A stretch of 50,782 nt of DNA from Paracoccaceae bacterium (GCA_024304875.1 JAMWZF010000001.1:1-50782), one strand, 5' to 3'. Shown: positions 29,366-38,292, counted from the first letter of the stretch. The notes: generated from the sequence alone by a model not told the origin. Numbers and translations: made by a program.

Positions 29366-30058
29366 TTACTCGACGGGCCGCGGGTCGATGAGCAGCGCCA
29401 GGATCCAGCCGGCGACGAAGCCCCCCAGATGGGTCTGCCAGGCGAGCTGACCGGCCATGGCCCACCACAGCACGAGGTTGAGCAGGGCGAGCAAAAGCAC
29501 CGCCCGCGCGACCGGCCAGAGACCCTCGCGGGAAGCGTAGCGGTCCACGTAGGCCCAGGCGAGGAGGCCGCCCGCCAGGCCGAAGAGCGCCCCCGAGGCC
29601 CCCACCATGGGGCGCAGCTCGGGTGCCAGAAGCGCGAAGCCGGCGCCGCCCCCGAGGCAGGCCCCGGCATAGAGCAGGGCGAAGGCGCCCTGTCCGACCC
29701 GGTCCAGGACCGCACGGCCGAGCGACCACAGCGTGATCATGTTGACCGCTAGGTGGACCGGGCCGCCGTGCAGGAAGCCGTAGGTGACGAACATCGTGTA
29801 GGGCTGCGCGGCGTAGTTCGGCCGCCAGGCCTGCAGAAGCCCCGGCCAGAAGCCGAAGTACTCGTAGGCCATCTGCCGCAAACGGGGCGGGCCGAACAGC
29901 TGCAGGTCGCTCAGGGTGAGGACGATCTCGATCAGGGCGCAGAGCGCGATCAGGGCGTAAAGGGACAGATGACCTCGAATCGGCCTGCCTCCGGAATCTG
30001 GGTCGCGACGCAGCGCCGGGAGGCGAAAGGCGACACAATTTTGGGCACCGAAGCCCAT
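29366..30058 (-). CDS. Rhomboid-family intramembrane serine protease
   Basis: FLHGGPVHLAVNM, GASGALFG (catalytic Ser) and HLGGFVAGW (catalytic His). ATG at 30058 preferred. The track start at 30097 is GTG. Confidence 0.85.
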   Translation of the reverse strand: MGFGAQNCVAFRLPALRRDPDSGGRPIRGHLSLYALIALCALIEIVLTLSDLQLFGPPRLRQMAYEYFGFWPGLLQAWRPNYAAQPYTMFVTYGFLHGGPVHLAVNMITLWSLGRAVLDRVGQGAFALLYAGACLGGGAGFALLAPELRPMVGASGALFGLAGGLLAWAYVDRYASREGLWPVARAVLLLALLNLVLWWAMAGQLAWQTHLGGFVAGWILALLIDPRPVE

Positions 30059-30158
30059 TGTGGCGGGCTTGTAAACAACACCGCCGGCGCCGGGCACACG
30101 TCATGCGGGAATTCAGGCAAATCAGGCGTTTTTATGGCGCGAGCAAGGCTTGTCCAAG

Positions 30159-30187
30159 TTGACACGGCGGCTACCATAGCGTTAACT
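30159..30187 (+). promoter_or_regulatory. Candidate sigma-70-type promoter for the VPLPA-CTERM gene
   Basis: Perfect TTGACA (30159..30164), 17-nt spacer, weak -10 TTAACT (30182..30187), about 70 nt upstream of the ATG. Confidence 0.3.
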
Positions 30188-30256
30188 TTTTAACGAAGGA
30201 AAACCGCACCTTTGGGATTCTGTGTCCCGGAGCCGTGCGCCACAAGGGGTAAAGTT

Positions 30257-30997
30257 ATGACAGTACTAAAAGCATTGGTCGTGGCGTCCGCTTCGATTTT
30301 CGCGGCCTCCACCGCCTCGGCGGCAACCATCGATTTGTTCGATGATTTCCAAAAGGTCGAAGACGATTCGAACGGGGCTGTTCAGGGTTCGGAGGTTGCG
30401 GCGCCGGTCATCGGCGGTTTCCGCGATCTGTGGGTTGAGACATCGCCCGAAATTCCTGGCCTGTCGACGTCGCTGACTGTGGCCGGTGGGTTCTTGTCAT
30501 TCAGCAACGATACTGGCCAGCAAGGTATCGGCCAGGTTGCCTATGATGGTAACGATGGCGCTCCTACGGGTCTGAACAGCATCGATACTGATGGTCTCGG
30601 GATCGCAGGGGTGATCGGGAGCGGTCTCGACCTGACCTTCGGTCTCACCAATCCGGCGTTCTTCTTCGAGGTTCTCGAGGCGGACGGCGACTTCGTGTTC
30701 AGCGCGACAGTTTATGACATGGCCGGAAACGTCCATACCTATGTCGAGAACATTTTCGACGGCGCTTTCAGCCCGTTCCTGTCCTTCAGTGAATTCACCA
30801 GCGAGGGTGTGGACATGACGGACGTTGGCGCTGTCATCTTCCAGGTCGACTCGGTTTCGACCGGCATCTCGATCGATGGCGCCCTTGGCTCCATCACGGT
30901 TGTTCCGCTGCCTGCCTCCGCCCTGCTTCTGCTGGGTGGCCTGGGTGGTCTCTTCGGGGCCTCGACCCTCGTCGGCCGTCGGCGCCGCGACGCCTGA
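30257..30997 (+). CDS. Secreted VPLPA-CTERM protein (exosortase XrtD cargo)
   Basis: ATG at 30257 with AAGGGG SD. Signal peptide MTVLKALVVASASIFAASTASAA. Acidic Gly/Asp-rich body. C-terminus VPLPASALLLLGGLGGLFGASTLVGRRRRDA = motif + TM helix + Arg cluster (nt 30899..30994). Confidence 0.9.
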   Translation: MTVLKALVVASASIFAASTASAATIDLFDDFQKVEDDSNGAVQGSEVAAPVIGGFRDLWVETSPEIPGLSTSLTVAGGFLSFSNDTGQQGIGQVAYDGNDGAPTGLNSIDTDGLGIAGVIGSGLDLTFGLTNPAFFFEVLEADGDFVFSATVYDMAGNVHTYVENIFDGAFSPFLSFSEFTSEGVDMTDVGAVIFQVDSVSTGISIDGALGSITVVPLPASALLLLGGLGGLFGASTLVGRRRRDA

Positions 30998-31013
30998 TCC
31001 AAGGCACAGACGC

Positions 31014-31048
31014 AGTTTTCAAGCGGTGGTCCGGAAACCCGGGCCACC
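31014..31048 (+). terminator. Rho-independent terminator after the VPLPA-CTERM gene
   Basis: cggtggtccgg-aaac-ccgggccaccg: 11-bp stem (one G.U pair), 4-nt loop, followed by ttttctttt. Confidence 0.75.
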
Positions 31049-31149
31049 GTTTTCTTTTGGGCAGGCAAAACCCGTGGCTCTGCCCCCGGCGGGTCGTGGC
31101 GGTAAGAGCTTCTACACGCTCTGCGGTGGTTCGGTAAATTGGATGCAAT

Positions 31150-31189
31150 CTTAAGGCGACTGCTGCCTTAAACCTGCCTTAATCCTGCC
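31150..31189. repeat. 11-bp-phased CTGCCTTAA repeats (31163, 31174, partial 31185) with an inverted CTTAAGGC at 31150. A further TTAAGGCA lies at 31283..31290
   Basis: Read directly in the AT-richer intergenic region upstream of the priming sugar transferase. Confidence 0.5.
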
Positions 31190-31347
31190 CACTGGTTCAG
31201 CATCGGAAACAATATTCCTCTTGAATTCCAATGTTTTGTCCTAGTTGTCAATCAAGGCCGCCGCCAGAAAAACGTGGACAAATTAAGGCAATTTCGTGTA
31301 AATTTCAGGTGGGTGGTTTTGCTGGATATCTGTTGCTGGGGAAGATT

Positions 31348-32211
31348 ATGACCTACCAATTTCGAGAGGACTCGCTGCCTCCTCTCTCTCGCTCCGATTG
31401 CACGACTGACGCAGACGCCTCGAAGGTGCGTCCCACGGTCTGGGATCGCGGCATCGCGCTGCTCGCTCTGGCTCTCTTCTCGCCGATCCTCGTCCTCGTG
31501 ACCCTGGCCATCGTGCTGGGCGGCCAGAAACCGATCTTCTTCCAGGAGCGCGTCGGGCATCAGGGCCGGCTGTTCTGGATCTTCAAGTTCCGCACCATGC
31601 CCGACGAGGGCTGGAAGTCCGCGCGGGCGCGGGCGCAGACCAGCCGGATCGCGCGGGCCCGTCTTGCCGTCTTCAGCCGGGTCTCGGCCGTGCTGCGGGC
31701 CACCGGGCTCGACGAGCTGCCGCAGTTCGCGAACATCCTGAAGGGCGACATGCAGGTCCTGGGGCCGCGCCCCTTGATGGTCGAGGATTTCCTCGCGCTT
31801 CCCGATCGCCGGCTCGAGCGCTGCGCGGTTCTGCCCGGCATCACGGGTCTGGCCCAGATCAACGGCGGCCAGGATCTGGACTCCAATTCCAAGCTCGCCC
31901 TGGATCTCTATCTCATCAAGCATCGCTCCCCCGCCATCGCGGCCAAGATCGTGATCCGGTCCGCCCTGCGCATCCTGGGCGGCAACGGCGCGACGGCGAC
32001 CGCCTGCGCGATCGATCTGGAACGGGCCAGGGACGAGATGGCGGCGGGCCGCAAGGGTCCGATCCTGCCCGCCGTGACGCATCGGGCGGGGGGCGTCCGG
32101 CCCTTCGCGCGCTCCTCTTCGGCCGGAACGCGAACCCGCGCATGGAGCCGGGGCGAATTGCGCACCGCCCGCGTGGCGCCGGCGGCCCCGGCAGGGGACG
32201 TCTCCCGCTAG
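31348..32211 (+). CDS. Undecaprenyl-phosphate sugar phosphotransferase (bacterial sugar transferase, EpsB/ExoY/WbaP C-domain type)
   Basis: TM helix GIALLALALFSPILVLVTLAIVL, then PIFFQERVG, FKFRTM, DELPQF, GPRP, PGITGLAQI. An in-frame ATG at 31231 is an alternative start. An unusual ~65-aa Arg-rich tail follows the conserved end. Confidence 0.85.
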   Translation: MTYQFREDSLPPLSRSDCTTDADASKVRPTVWDRGIALLALALFSPILVLVTLAIVLGGQKPIFFQERVGHQGRLFWIFKFRTMPDEGWKSARARAQTSRIARARLAVFSRVSAVLRATGLDELPQFANILKGDMQVLGPRPLMVEDFLALPDRRLERCAVLPGITGLAQINGGQDLDSNSKLALDLYLIKHRSPAIAAKIVIRSALRILGGNGATATACAIDLERARDEMAAGRKGPILPAVTHRAGGVRPFARSSSAGTRTRAWSRGELRTARVAPAAPAGDVSR

Positions 32212-32354
32212 GGCGGCGGCCCCGGGGATCTCCACCAAGGATCGGCCTTCGGTCTCTTGCCTCCGCAAGGACCGAAGGTCTCGTTTCGAAGATTGCGAAG
32301 GCATGATATGAGACCGCCCTCGACGGGGTCTCGATTGAGGAAGCACAGGGCCAG

Positions 32355-33956
32355 ATGACAACGACGGATCAGTTCGCCAATCGATCTGCGCTTGGCTGGA
32401 TGAACTGGGGGCTGTTCTGGCTTCTGGTCGCCACCGTCGCGGCGGCCCTGTTCTTCCGGGACGGTTTCGAGGTGCTCCTCGACGCCTGGAGCGAGCCCGA
32501 ATACAGCCACGGTCCCCTGATCCCGGTGCTGTCGGCCCTGATGTTCCTGCGGGACCTCAAGCAGTACCCGGTCCAGCCCGGCCCCAAGCGGCACCGCTGG
32601 CCCGGCGTGCTGGTCGTCCTGCTGTCGATCGCGGTGGCCGTGCTCGGGACCCTGCTCCACGCCGATTCCTTCCTGGCCTACGCGATGATCGTCTGGGTCG
32701 GCGGGGTGCTTCTGATCAGCTTCGGCTGGGACACCGGAAAGCACCTCTGGCCGGCCGTCCTTCACCTCGTCTTCATGCTGCCGCTGCCCGGCATGATCTA
32801 TTACCAGGTGTCGACCTTCCTGCAGCTGGTGTCCTCGGAACTCGGGGTCTGGTTCCTCCAGCTCGCCAGCGTGCCGGTCTACCTCGAAGGCAACATCATC
32901 GATCTGGGGGTCCTGAAACTGCATGTGGCCGAGGCCTGTTCCGGCCTGCGCTACATGTTCCCGATCATGAGCTTCTCCTACATCTTCGCCTTCCTCTACC
33001 AGGGGCCGACCTGGCACAAGGTCGTGCTTTTGCTGGCGGCCGCTCCGATCGCGATCTTCATGAACTCGGTCCGGATCGCGATCGCCGGCATCCTCGTGCA
33101 GCAGTTCGGCATCGAATGGCTCGAAGGCTTCACCCATTTCTTCGAAGGCTGGGTGATCTTCATGATCAGCATCTTCCTCCTGATCGCCCTGGCCTGGATC
33201 CTGCTCAAGCTGAATCCGCGCAAGATGTCGCTGGCCGAGGCGCTCGACCTCGAGACCGACCAGATCGTGCCGCAGATCAAGCGGCTGCAGTTCGTCTATC
33301 CCTCCCCGGCCCTGATCACCGCCGCGGCGCTCATGGTCACGGCGGTCACCGTCGCCCCGCTGATCCCGGAGCGGGTCGCCACCGTGCCGGACCGGGACAG
33401 CTTCGCCCTCTTCCCGCGCGAGATCGGCGCATGGCGCCAGTACGGCACCGAGCAGCGGTTCTCTCCGGAGATCGAGGAGAGCCTCTCGGCGGACGACTAC
33501 CACGCGGTGCAGTTCGCCCGGGCGCCGGGCGAGCCCTCGCTGGACTTCTTCTCCGCCTGGTACACCGACCTGTCCGAGGACGGCGTGCAGCACACGCCCG
33601 AGATCTGCCTGCCCGGGGCGGGATGGGAGATCGCCCAGGTGGAGCGCATCGACCTCAGCGGAGAGCTGGGGCTGGAGGATCCCTACCGGGTCAACCGCGT
33701 CATCCTGCAGAAGGGCCAGGACCGGATGCTGGTTTATTACTGGTTCACCCACATGGGCCGCGCGATGCCCTCCAACACCGAGGCCAAGTTCAGCGTCATG
33801 ACTCGGGGGGCCTTCAACGACCGGCTGGACGGCGCGATCATCCGGCTCATCGTGCCGATCAGCGAGTCGCATACCGAAGCGGATGCCGCCGCGCAGATGA
33901 TCGACTTCCTCAAGGCGGCGGGCCCCCAGCTGCCACGGTTCATCCCGGGCGCCTGA
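32355..33956 (+). CDS. xrtD: Exosortase (XrtD-type, VPLPA-CTERM-specific) fused to an EpsI-family domain
   Basis: 533-aa ORF, polytopic N-half with the exosortase catalytic signatures EACSGLRY (Cys codon 32937..32939), NSVRIA and FTHFFEGW. C-half has the EpsI-like HTPEICLPGAGW. Subtype assigned from the VPLPA cargo 1.4 kb upstream. Confidence 0.85.
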   Translation: MTTTDQFANRSALGWMNWGLFWLLVATVAAALFFRDGFEVLLDAWSEPEYSHGPLIPVLSALMFLRDLKQYPVQPGPKRHRWPGVLVVLLSIAVAVLGTLLHADSFLAYAMIVWVGGVLLISFGWDTGKHLWPAVLHLVFMLPLPGMIYYQVSTFLQLVSSELGVWFLQLASVPVYLEGNIIDLGVLKLHVAEACSGLRYMFPIMSFSYIFAFLYQGPTWHKVVLLLAAAPIAIFMNSVRIAIAGILVQQFGIEWLEGFTHFFEGWVIFMISIFLLIALAWILLKLNPRKMSLAEALDLETDQIVPQIKRLQFVYPSPALITAAALMVTAVTVAPLIPERVATVPDRDSFALFPREIGAWRQYGTEQRFSPEIEESLSADDYHAVQFARAPGEPSLDFFSAWYTDLSEDGVQHTPEICLPGAGWEIAQVERIDLSGELGLEDPYRVNRVILQKGQDRMLVYYWFTHMGRAMPSNTEAKFSVMTRGAFNDRLDGAIIRLIVPISESHTEADAAAQMIDFLKAAGPQLPRFIPGA

Positions 33957-34023
33957 GTCCCGCCTTCGGGCTGGAAAGTCCCGGGGCCGTTTGCGATCCT
34001 CGGGCCTCGAGAAGAGGCCCGAC

Positions 34024-35586
34024 ATGCGCATCCCGATGACCATTCTCTGTTCGATCCTGCTGGCGGCCGGCGGGCCGCTGCGAGCCGAGCGGGTCGCCCT
34101 GACCGCCGCCGACCTCGTGCCGCTGCGGCCGCAGGTCTGGATCGCGCCGGAGCTCGTCCTGCCCCCGACCGACTCCGCCGTGCCCCTGCTGGGGGCGGAG
34201 GCCGGCCGGGACGGGACGCGTCTGCTCCGCCACCTGGGCGCGGCCGAGGACATCGCCGGCTTCGACGGCATCCTCTACGACAACCGAGACCGGGGCCATT
34301 CGACCCTCGACCCCGGCATCTATCCCCGGCTGGCGTTCCTCGACTACGACGACAGCCTTGTCGCCCGGGGGTTCGACCAGGGACTCGCGGGCCGGATCAT
34401 CCTGCCCCATGTGGTGATCGGGAATGCCTCGCTGGCCATGACCGGGGCCCTGGGGCGCAGCCTGCCGCGGCTGGCCATGACCGACGCGTTCTGGCGCGAC
34501 GTGACGCCGCTGCTCTACGGGGCGAACCACCTTTACGTCTATCCCGAGCACCTGGACCACGACAGCGCCGACAGGTTTCCCCTCAACTGGCCCTACATGG
34601 TCGTCAGCCAGGGCTCGTCCCGGTCCGATCGGATCTTCGTCGAGGCCTTCGCGATGACGCTCGCCGCCTTCCCGCCCGAGACCTTCGCGGCCCTGCGGGA
34701 GGAGGGCCTGGTAGCGCCGACCCTGCAGATGATCCTGCGGCAGAACCTGGCGCCGGTGGAGACCCGGGCGGACTACCTCTCCGGCGTCGCCCATCCGCCG
34801 GTCTTCGACGGGCGCCAGGTCCGGATCGGCCGGATGGTCGCGCAGGCCTCCGGGATGCGCCCCGAGGACATTCCGCCCCTCGTCGTCCTGCGGGTGATCG
34901 AGGAGGACTTCGCCGCCGCTGCGGGACTTGCGCGGCTGGACGAGCGCCTTCTCGACAGCCCGGCCGCCATCGCGCGGCTGTGGCGCGGACCCGCCTGGGA
35001 GCGGGAGATGACGGTGACGGCGGAGGACACCGCCGCGCGGCCCGGCCAGACCCTCAGCTTCGAATGGCGCCTGCTGCGCGGCGACCCGGACCGGGTCCGG
35101 ATTGAGCCCCTGGACCGCGAGGGACGCAGCGCGCGGATCCACGTCACCTGGCACGATCCCTGGACCGAGCCGGCGCCGGGGCAGGGCGGCGCGATCTCCG
35201 AGCGCCGCCTGTCGCGCGTCGACATCGGCGTCTTCGCTGCCTCGGGCGGGGGTCCCGACAGCGCCCCCGCCCTGATCTCGATCGACTTTCCCGCTCACCA
35301 GCTCCGGCAGTACGACCGCTGGGCCGACGGCAGCTATCGGCTGATGTCGATCGATCACGACGCGCGGGGGCGCGAGGTCTACTTCGATCCGCTGCTCTAC
35401 TGGTCGGCTCCTTGGACCGACCGGGCCCGCTACGACGCGGCGGGCCGTCTGTCGGGCTGGGAGCGGCAGGACAGGGCAGGGGAGACCACGATCGTTCCCG
35501 CCGATGCGCCCCCCCTGTCGCTGGCTCAGCCGGACATCGCGACCGACAATCCGGCCGCCTCGATCCTGCGCCGACCCGCCGACTGA
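34024..35586 (+). CDS. Secreted protein of unknown function (no family recognised)
   Basis: ATG 34024 with GAAGAGG upstream. Signal peptide MRIPMTILCSILLAAGGPLRAE. 520 aa, coding-like composition, 67 nt after the exosortase stop. Confidence 0.7.
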   Translation: MRIPMTILCSILLAAGGPLRAERVALTAADLVPLRPQVWIAPELVLPPTDSAVPLLGAEAGRDGTRLLRHLGAAEDIAGFDGILYDNRDRGHSTLDPGIYPRLAFLDYDDSLVARGFDQGLAGRIILPHVVIGNASLAMTGALGRSLPRLAMTDAFWRDVTPLLYGANHLYVYPEHLDHDSADRFPLNWPYMVVSQGSSRSDRIFVEAFAMTLAAFPPETFAALREEGLVAPTLQMILRQNLAPVETRADYLSGVAHPPVFDGRQVRIGRMVAQASGMRPEDIPPLVVLRVIEEDFAAAAGLARLDERLLDSPAAIARLWRGPAWEREMTVTAEDTAARPGQTLSFEWRLLRGDPDRVRIEPLDREGRSARIHVTWHDPWTEPAPGQGGAISERRLSRVDIGVFAASGGGPDSAPALISIDFPAHQLRQYDRWADGSYRLMSIDHDARGREVYFDPLLYWSAPWTDRARYDAAGRLSGWERQDRAGETTIVPADAPPLSLAQPDIATDNPAASILRRPAD

Positions 35587-35601
35587 CATGCGATCCGCAG
35601 G

Positions 35602-35624
35602 GCGGCGCCCCCCGGGGACGCCGC
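35602..35624. terminator. GC-rich hairpin between convergent genes (possible bidirectional terminator)
   Basis: gcggcgcccc / ggggacgccgc arms with one bulge. No U-tract on either strand, so weak. Confidence 0.25.
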
Positions 35625-35637
35625 AAATGGGGAACGA

Positions 35638-38148
35638 TCAGTCCTCGCCGGCGGTCTCTTCTACAGTGTCTTCCGTCGGCTCTTCCGCAGTCTCTTCCGC
35701 GGCCTCGGCCGCTTCGGCCTCCTGCAGGCTCTGCACCAGGCTGCGCGCCTCCTCGATCTGGGGCCGCGTGTCCGCCGGCCCGGCGATGTCGATGGCCCGG
35801 CGGAACTGCTCCAGCGCCTCCGCGCTTTGCTCCGTGGCCAGGTAGGCCTGGCCGAGGTGGTATTGCACCATGGGATCGTTCGGCAGGCCCTCGGCGGCGG
35901 CCTCGAGATAGGGCAGGGCGGCGGCGCTGTCGCCCCGGCGGTGCAGAAGCCAGCCGTAGGTGTCCTGCAGGGGCGGCGCCGAGGCGTCGCGCAGGCGGCG
36001 GGCGATCGTCCAGGCCCGGTCGAGGCTCTCCTCGTCGTCGCGATAGGTCGTCAGCAGGCTCGCCAGGTTGTTGGCCACGACGAGAGAGCTGGAATCCTGC
36101 GCATAGAGCCGCTCGTAGATCTCGATGGCGGCGTCGATCTCTCCGTCCTGCTCGAGAAACGAGGCCTGCGCCCAGAGCAGGTTCGCCGCATCGGGGGTCT
36201 GGTCCAGACCCTCTTCGATGGTGGCCTGCGCGGTCTCGCGGTCGCCCAGGCGCTGGTGGAGCCGGGACAGTTCGATCCACAGGTCGGGCCGGGCCGGGGT
36301 CGCCTCGAGTATGGCTTCGTAGGTGGCGATGGCGCCCTCCAGATCGTCATTGGCTGCCTGGGCCACCGCCAGAAGGACGTCGAGCGAGGCGTCGTCCGGG
36401 TAGTCTTCCTGCAGTTGCCGCGCCGCGGCCAGGGCACTTTGGGTATCGCCGGTGCCCAGCTGGGCGCGGATCAGGGTGATGCGCGTGGCCAGGGTGGCAT
36501 CGGCGGAATTCGACAGCGTCTCGAGAAAGGCCATGGCCTCTTCCGTGCCGCGCTGGCGGTTCAGCCGCTCCGCCTCGATCGCATTGGCCGCCTGCAGGGC
36601 GGCTTCGTTCCCGAGGCGCCGCAGCGCGTCGGCCACGGCCTGGGCCCGGCCGAAATCCTCCATCGCCAGGTAGAGGTCTCCCAGGGTGGTCAGCAGGTCG
36701 GGGTTGGCCGGGGCCAGCCGCAGCGCGTCGAGCAGGATGTCCTCGGCCGGCAGGTAGCGCTCTTCGCCGATCAGCACGCTGGCCAGGCGCAGGGTCTCGG
36801 CCGGGGCGTTGCCCGAGGCCTCGACCGCCCGGGCCAGGAAGTCCCGGGCCAGTTCGGACTGGCCGGCCCGCACATAGGCATTGGCCATGAGGGTCATCGC
36901 CTCGGCATCCGCAGGCGCCTGGTCGAGGGCCACCCGCAGGGCGCTGATGGCGGCGTCGGTGTCGTCGGCCTGGATCTGCCAGGCGGCCTGCATCTTGAGG
37001 GCCCCGGCATCCGTCTCGTCCTCGGCCAGAACCTCTTCCACCCGGGCCCGGGCGCCGACCTCGTTGCCGGTGGCCAGCAGCATCCGGGCCAGGGCGACCT
37101 TGGCCCGGCGGGTCTGCTCGGAGGGCTCTGCCCCGGCCAGCAGGCTTTCCATCTTCGCGATGGCCTCGTCCTGCCGGCCTTCGGTGAAGTCGAGTCCGGC
37201 GTCGATGATCCGGAACGGCATCGGATCGGGCTGCTCGGCGATCGCCGCCTCGAGCTCGGCGCGGGCGACGTCCGCGCCGCGCAGTTCGACGAGAAACCGG
37301 ATCAGGTCCAGCCGGGGCCCCGGGTTGTCCGGTTCGGCCGCCGCGACCAGCTCGCGCAGGAAGGCCTCGGCCCCGTCGAGGTCGTCCTGCGACAGGTAGA
37401 ACCGGATCAGGGTGGCCTTGTGGGCGTCGTCCTCGGGGAAGAGCTCGACCAGCTCGCGCAGTTGCGCCTCCACCGCGTCCATGTCGCCGAGCTGCGCCAG
37501 GATCTGCAGCCGGTCCTGGTAATGGCGGCGGTTGGTCGGGTCGTCCTCGATCAGCCAGTCGATCTCGGCCAGGGCGCGGGTGAAGTCCTGCTCGCGCATG
37601 GCATGATCGACGAGGATGCTCCGCAAAAGCGCATTGTCCGGCTGGTCGGCGAGCATTTCGTCGGCCTGGCGGCCGAGCTCGCGCATGGCCGCGGCATCCT
37701 GGGCTTCGGCGGCGGCGCGATAGTCGCGCACCAGGGTGATCGCCTCGACCCTGGGGTCCTCCGGGGCCAGCTCCACCAGGCGCAGCCCGTGGCGCTCGAC
37801 CTCCTCCCAGTTGCTCCCGAAGAAAGCCATCTCCGACAGGAGGATCCGGGTCTCGATGTCGTCCGGGTCCTGCTCCGCCACCCGCAGGTACTGATTGTAG
37901 GCCCCCTGGACGTTGCCGCGCTCCATCTGAAGCTCGGCCATCTTGAGCCGCGCGTCGATGTGGGTCTCGTTGAGCTGGAAGACGTTGCGCAGCTCCACCA
38001 TGCCCCGATCGATGTCGCCCTCGGCAATGAGGGTCAGGGCATTCTGGTAGTGCCCCTCGGCGCGGTCCTCCGCGGATCTGCAGCCGCTCAGCGCCAGGGC
38101 GGCGCAGAGGGCGAAGATGGCGGCAAGGGGGGTACGCAGAACGGTCAC
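35638..38148 (-). CDS. prsT: PEP-CTERM/exosortase-system TPR-repeat lipoprotein (PrsT-like)
   Basis: 836-aa ORF with lipobox ALALSGC and TPR-like repeats throughout (A..Y..AL...P....A...L). Acidic C-terminal tail. Confidence 0.8.
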   Translation of the reverse strand: MTVLRTPLAAIFALCAALALSGCRSAEDRAEGHYQNALTLIAEGDIDRGMVELRNVFQLNETHIDARLKMAELQMERGNVQGAYNQYLRVAEQDPDDIETRILLSEMAFFGSNWEEVERHGLRLVELAPEDPRVEAITLVRDYRAAAEAQDAAAMRELGRQADEMLADQPDNALLRSILVDHAMREQDFTRALAEIDWLIEDDPTNRRHYQDRLQILAQLGDMDAVEAQLRELVELFPEDDAHKATLIRFYLSQDDLDGAEAFLRELVAAAEPDNPGPRLDLIRFLVELRGADVARAELEAAIAEQPDPMPFRIIDAGLDFTEGRQDEAIAKMESLLAGAEPSEQTRRAKVALARMLLATGNEVGARARVEEVLAEDETDAGALKMQAAWQIQADDTDAAISALRVALDQAPADAEAMTLMANAYVRAGQSELARDFLARAVEASGNAPAETLRLASVLIGEERYLPAEDILLDALRLAPANPDLLTTLGDLYLAMEDFGRAQAVADALRRLGNEAALQAANAIEAERLNRQRGTEEAMAFLETLSNSADATLATRITLIRAQLGTGDTQSALAAARQLQEDYPDDASLDVLLAVAQAANDDLEGAIATYEAILEATPARPDLWIELSRLHQRLGDRETAQATIEEGLDQTPDAANLLWAQASFLEQDGEIDAAIEIYERLYAQDSSSLVVANNLASLLTTYRDDEESLDRAWTIARRLRDASAPPLQDTYGWLLHRRGDSAAALPYLEAAAEGLPNDPMVQYHLGQAYLATEQSAEALEQFRRAIDIAGPADTRPQIEEARSLVQSLQEAEAAEAAEETAEEPTEDTVEETAGED

Positions 38149-38292
38149 GAGGTCAACTCCCGGGGTTTCGGACGGTCTCTGGGGGAGACCGGGTCTTGCA
38201 TCAGTATGTTGCGAGGTTTGTCGTGGAATACAGGGTTTTGCACAAGGCCTCGCGACCTTGTGTGTGCGCCGCGGCCCGGGGCAGGGGCCGTC

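Noticed and set aside
29366-30058. Calling the rhomboid a rhombosortase
   Set aside because: Rhombosortases pair with GlyGly-CTERM cargo, and none is visible in the window. I cannot assign the subfamily by eye, so only the generic rhomboid call is made.
31231-31347. In-frame ATG at 31231 that would add MFCPSCQSRPPPEKRGQIKAISCKF.. to the sugar transferase
   Set aside because: The segment is AT-rich intergenic-looking DNA that carries the TTAAGGCA repeat. The extension has no homology-like features. The ATG at 31348 gives a normal N-terminus before the TM helix. Kept only as an alternative start.
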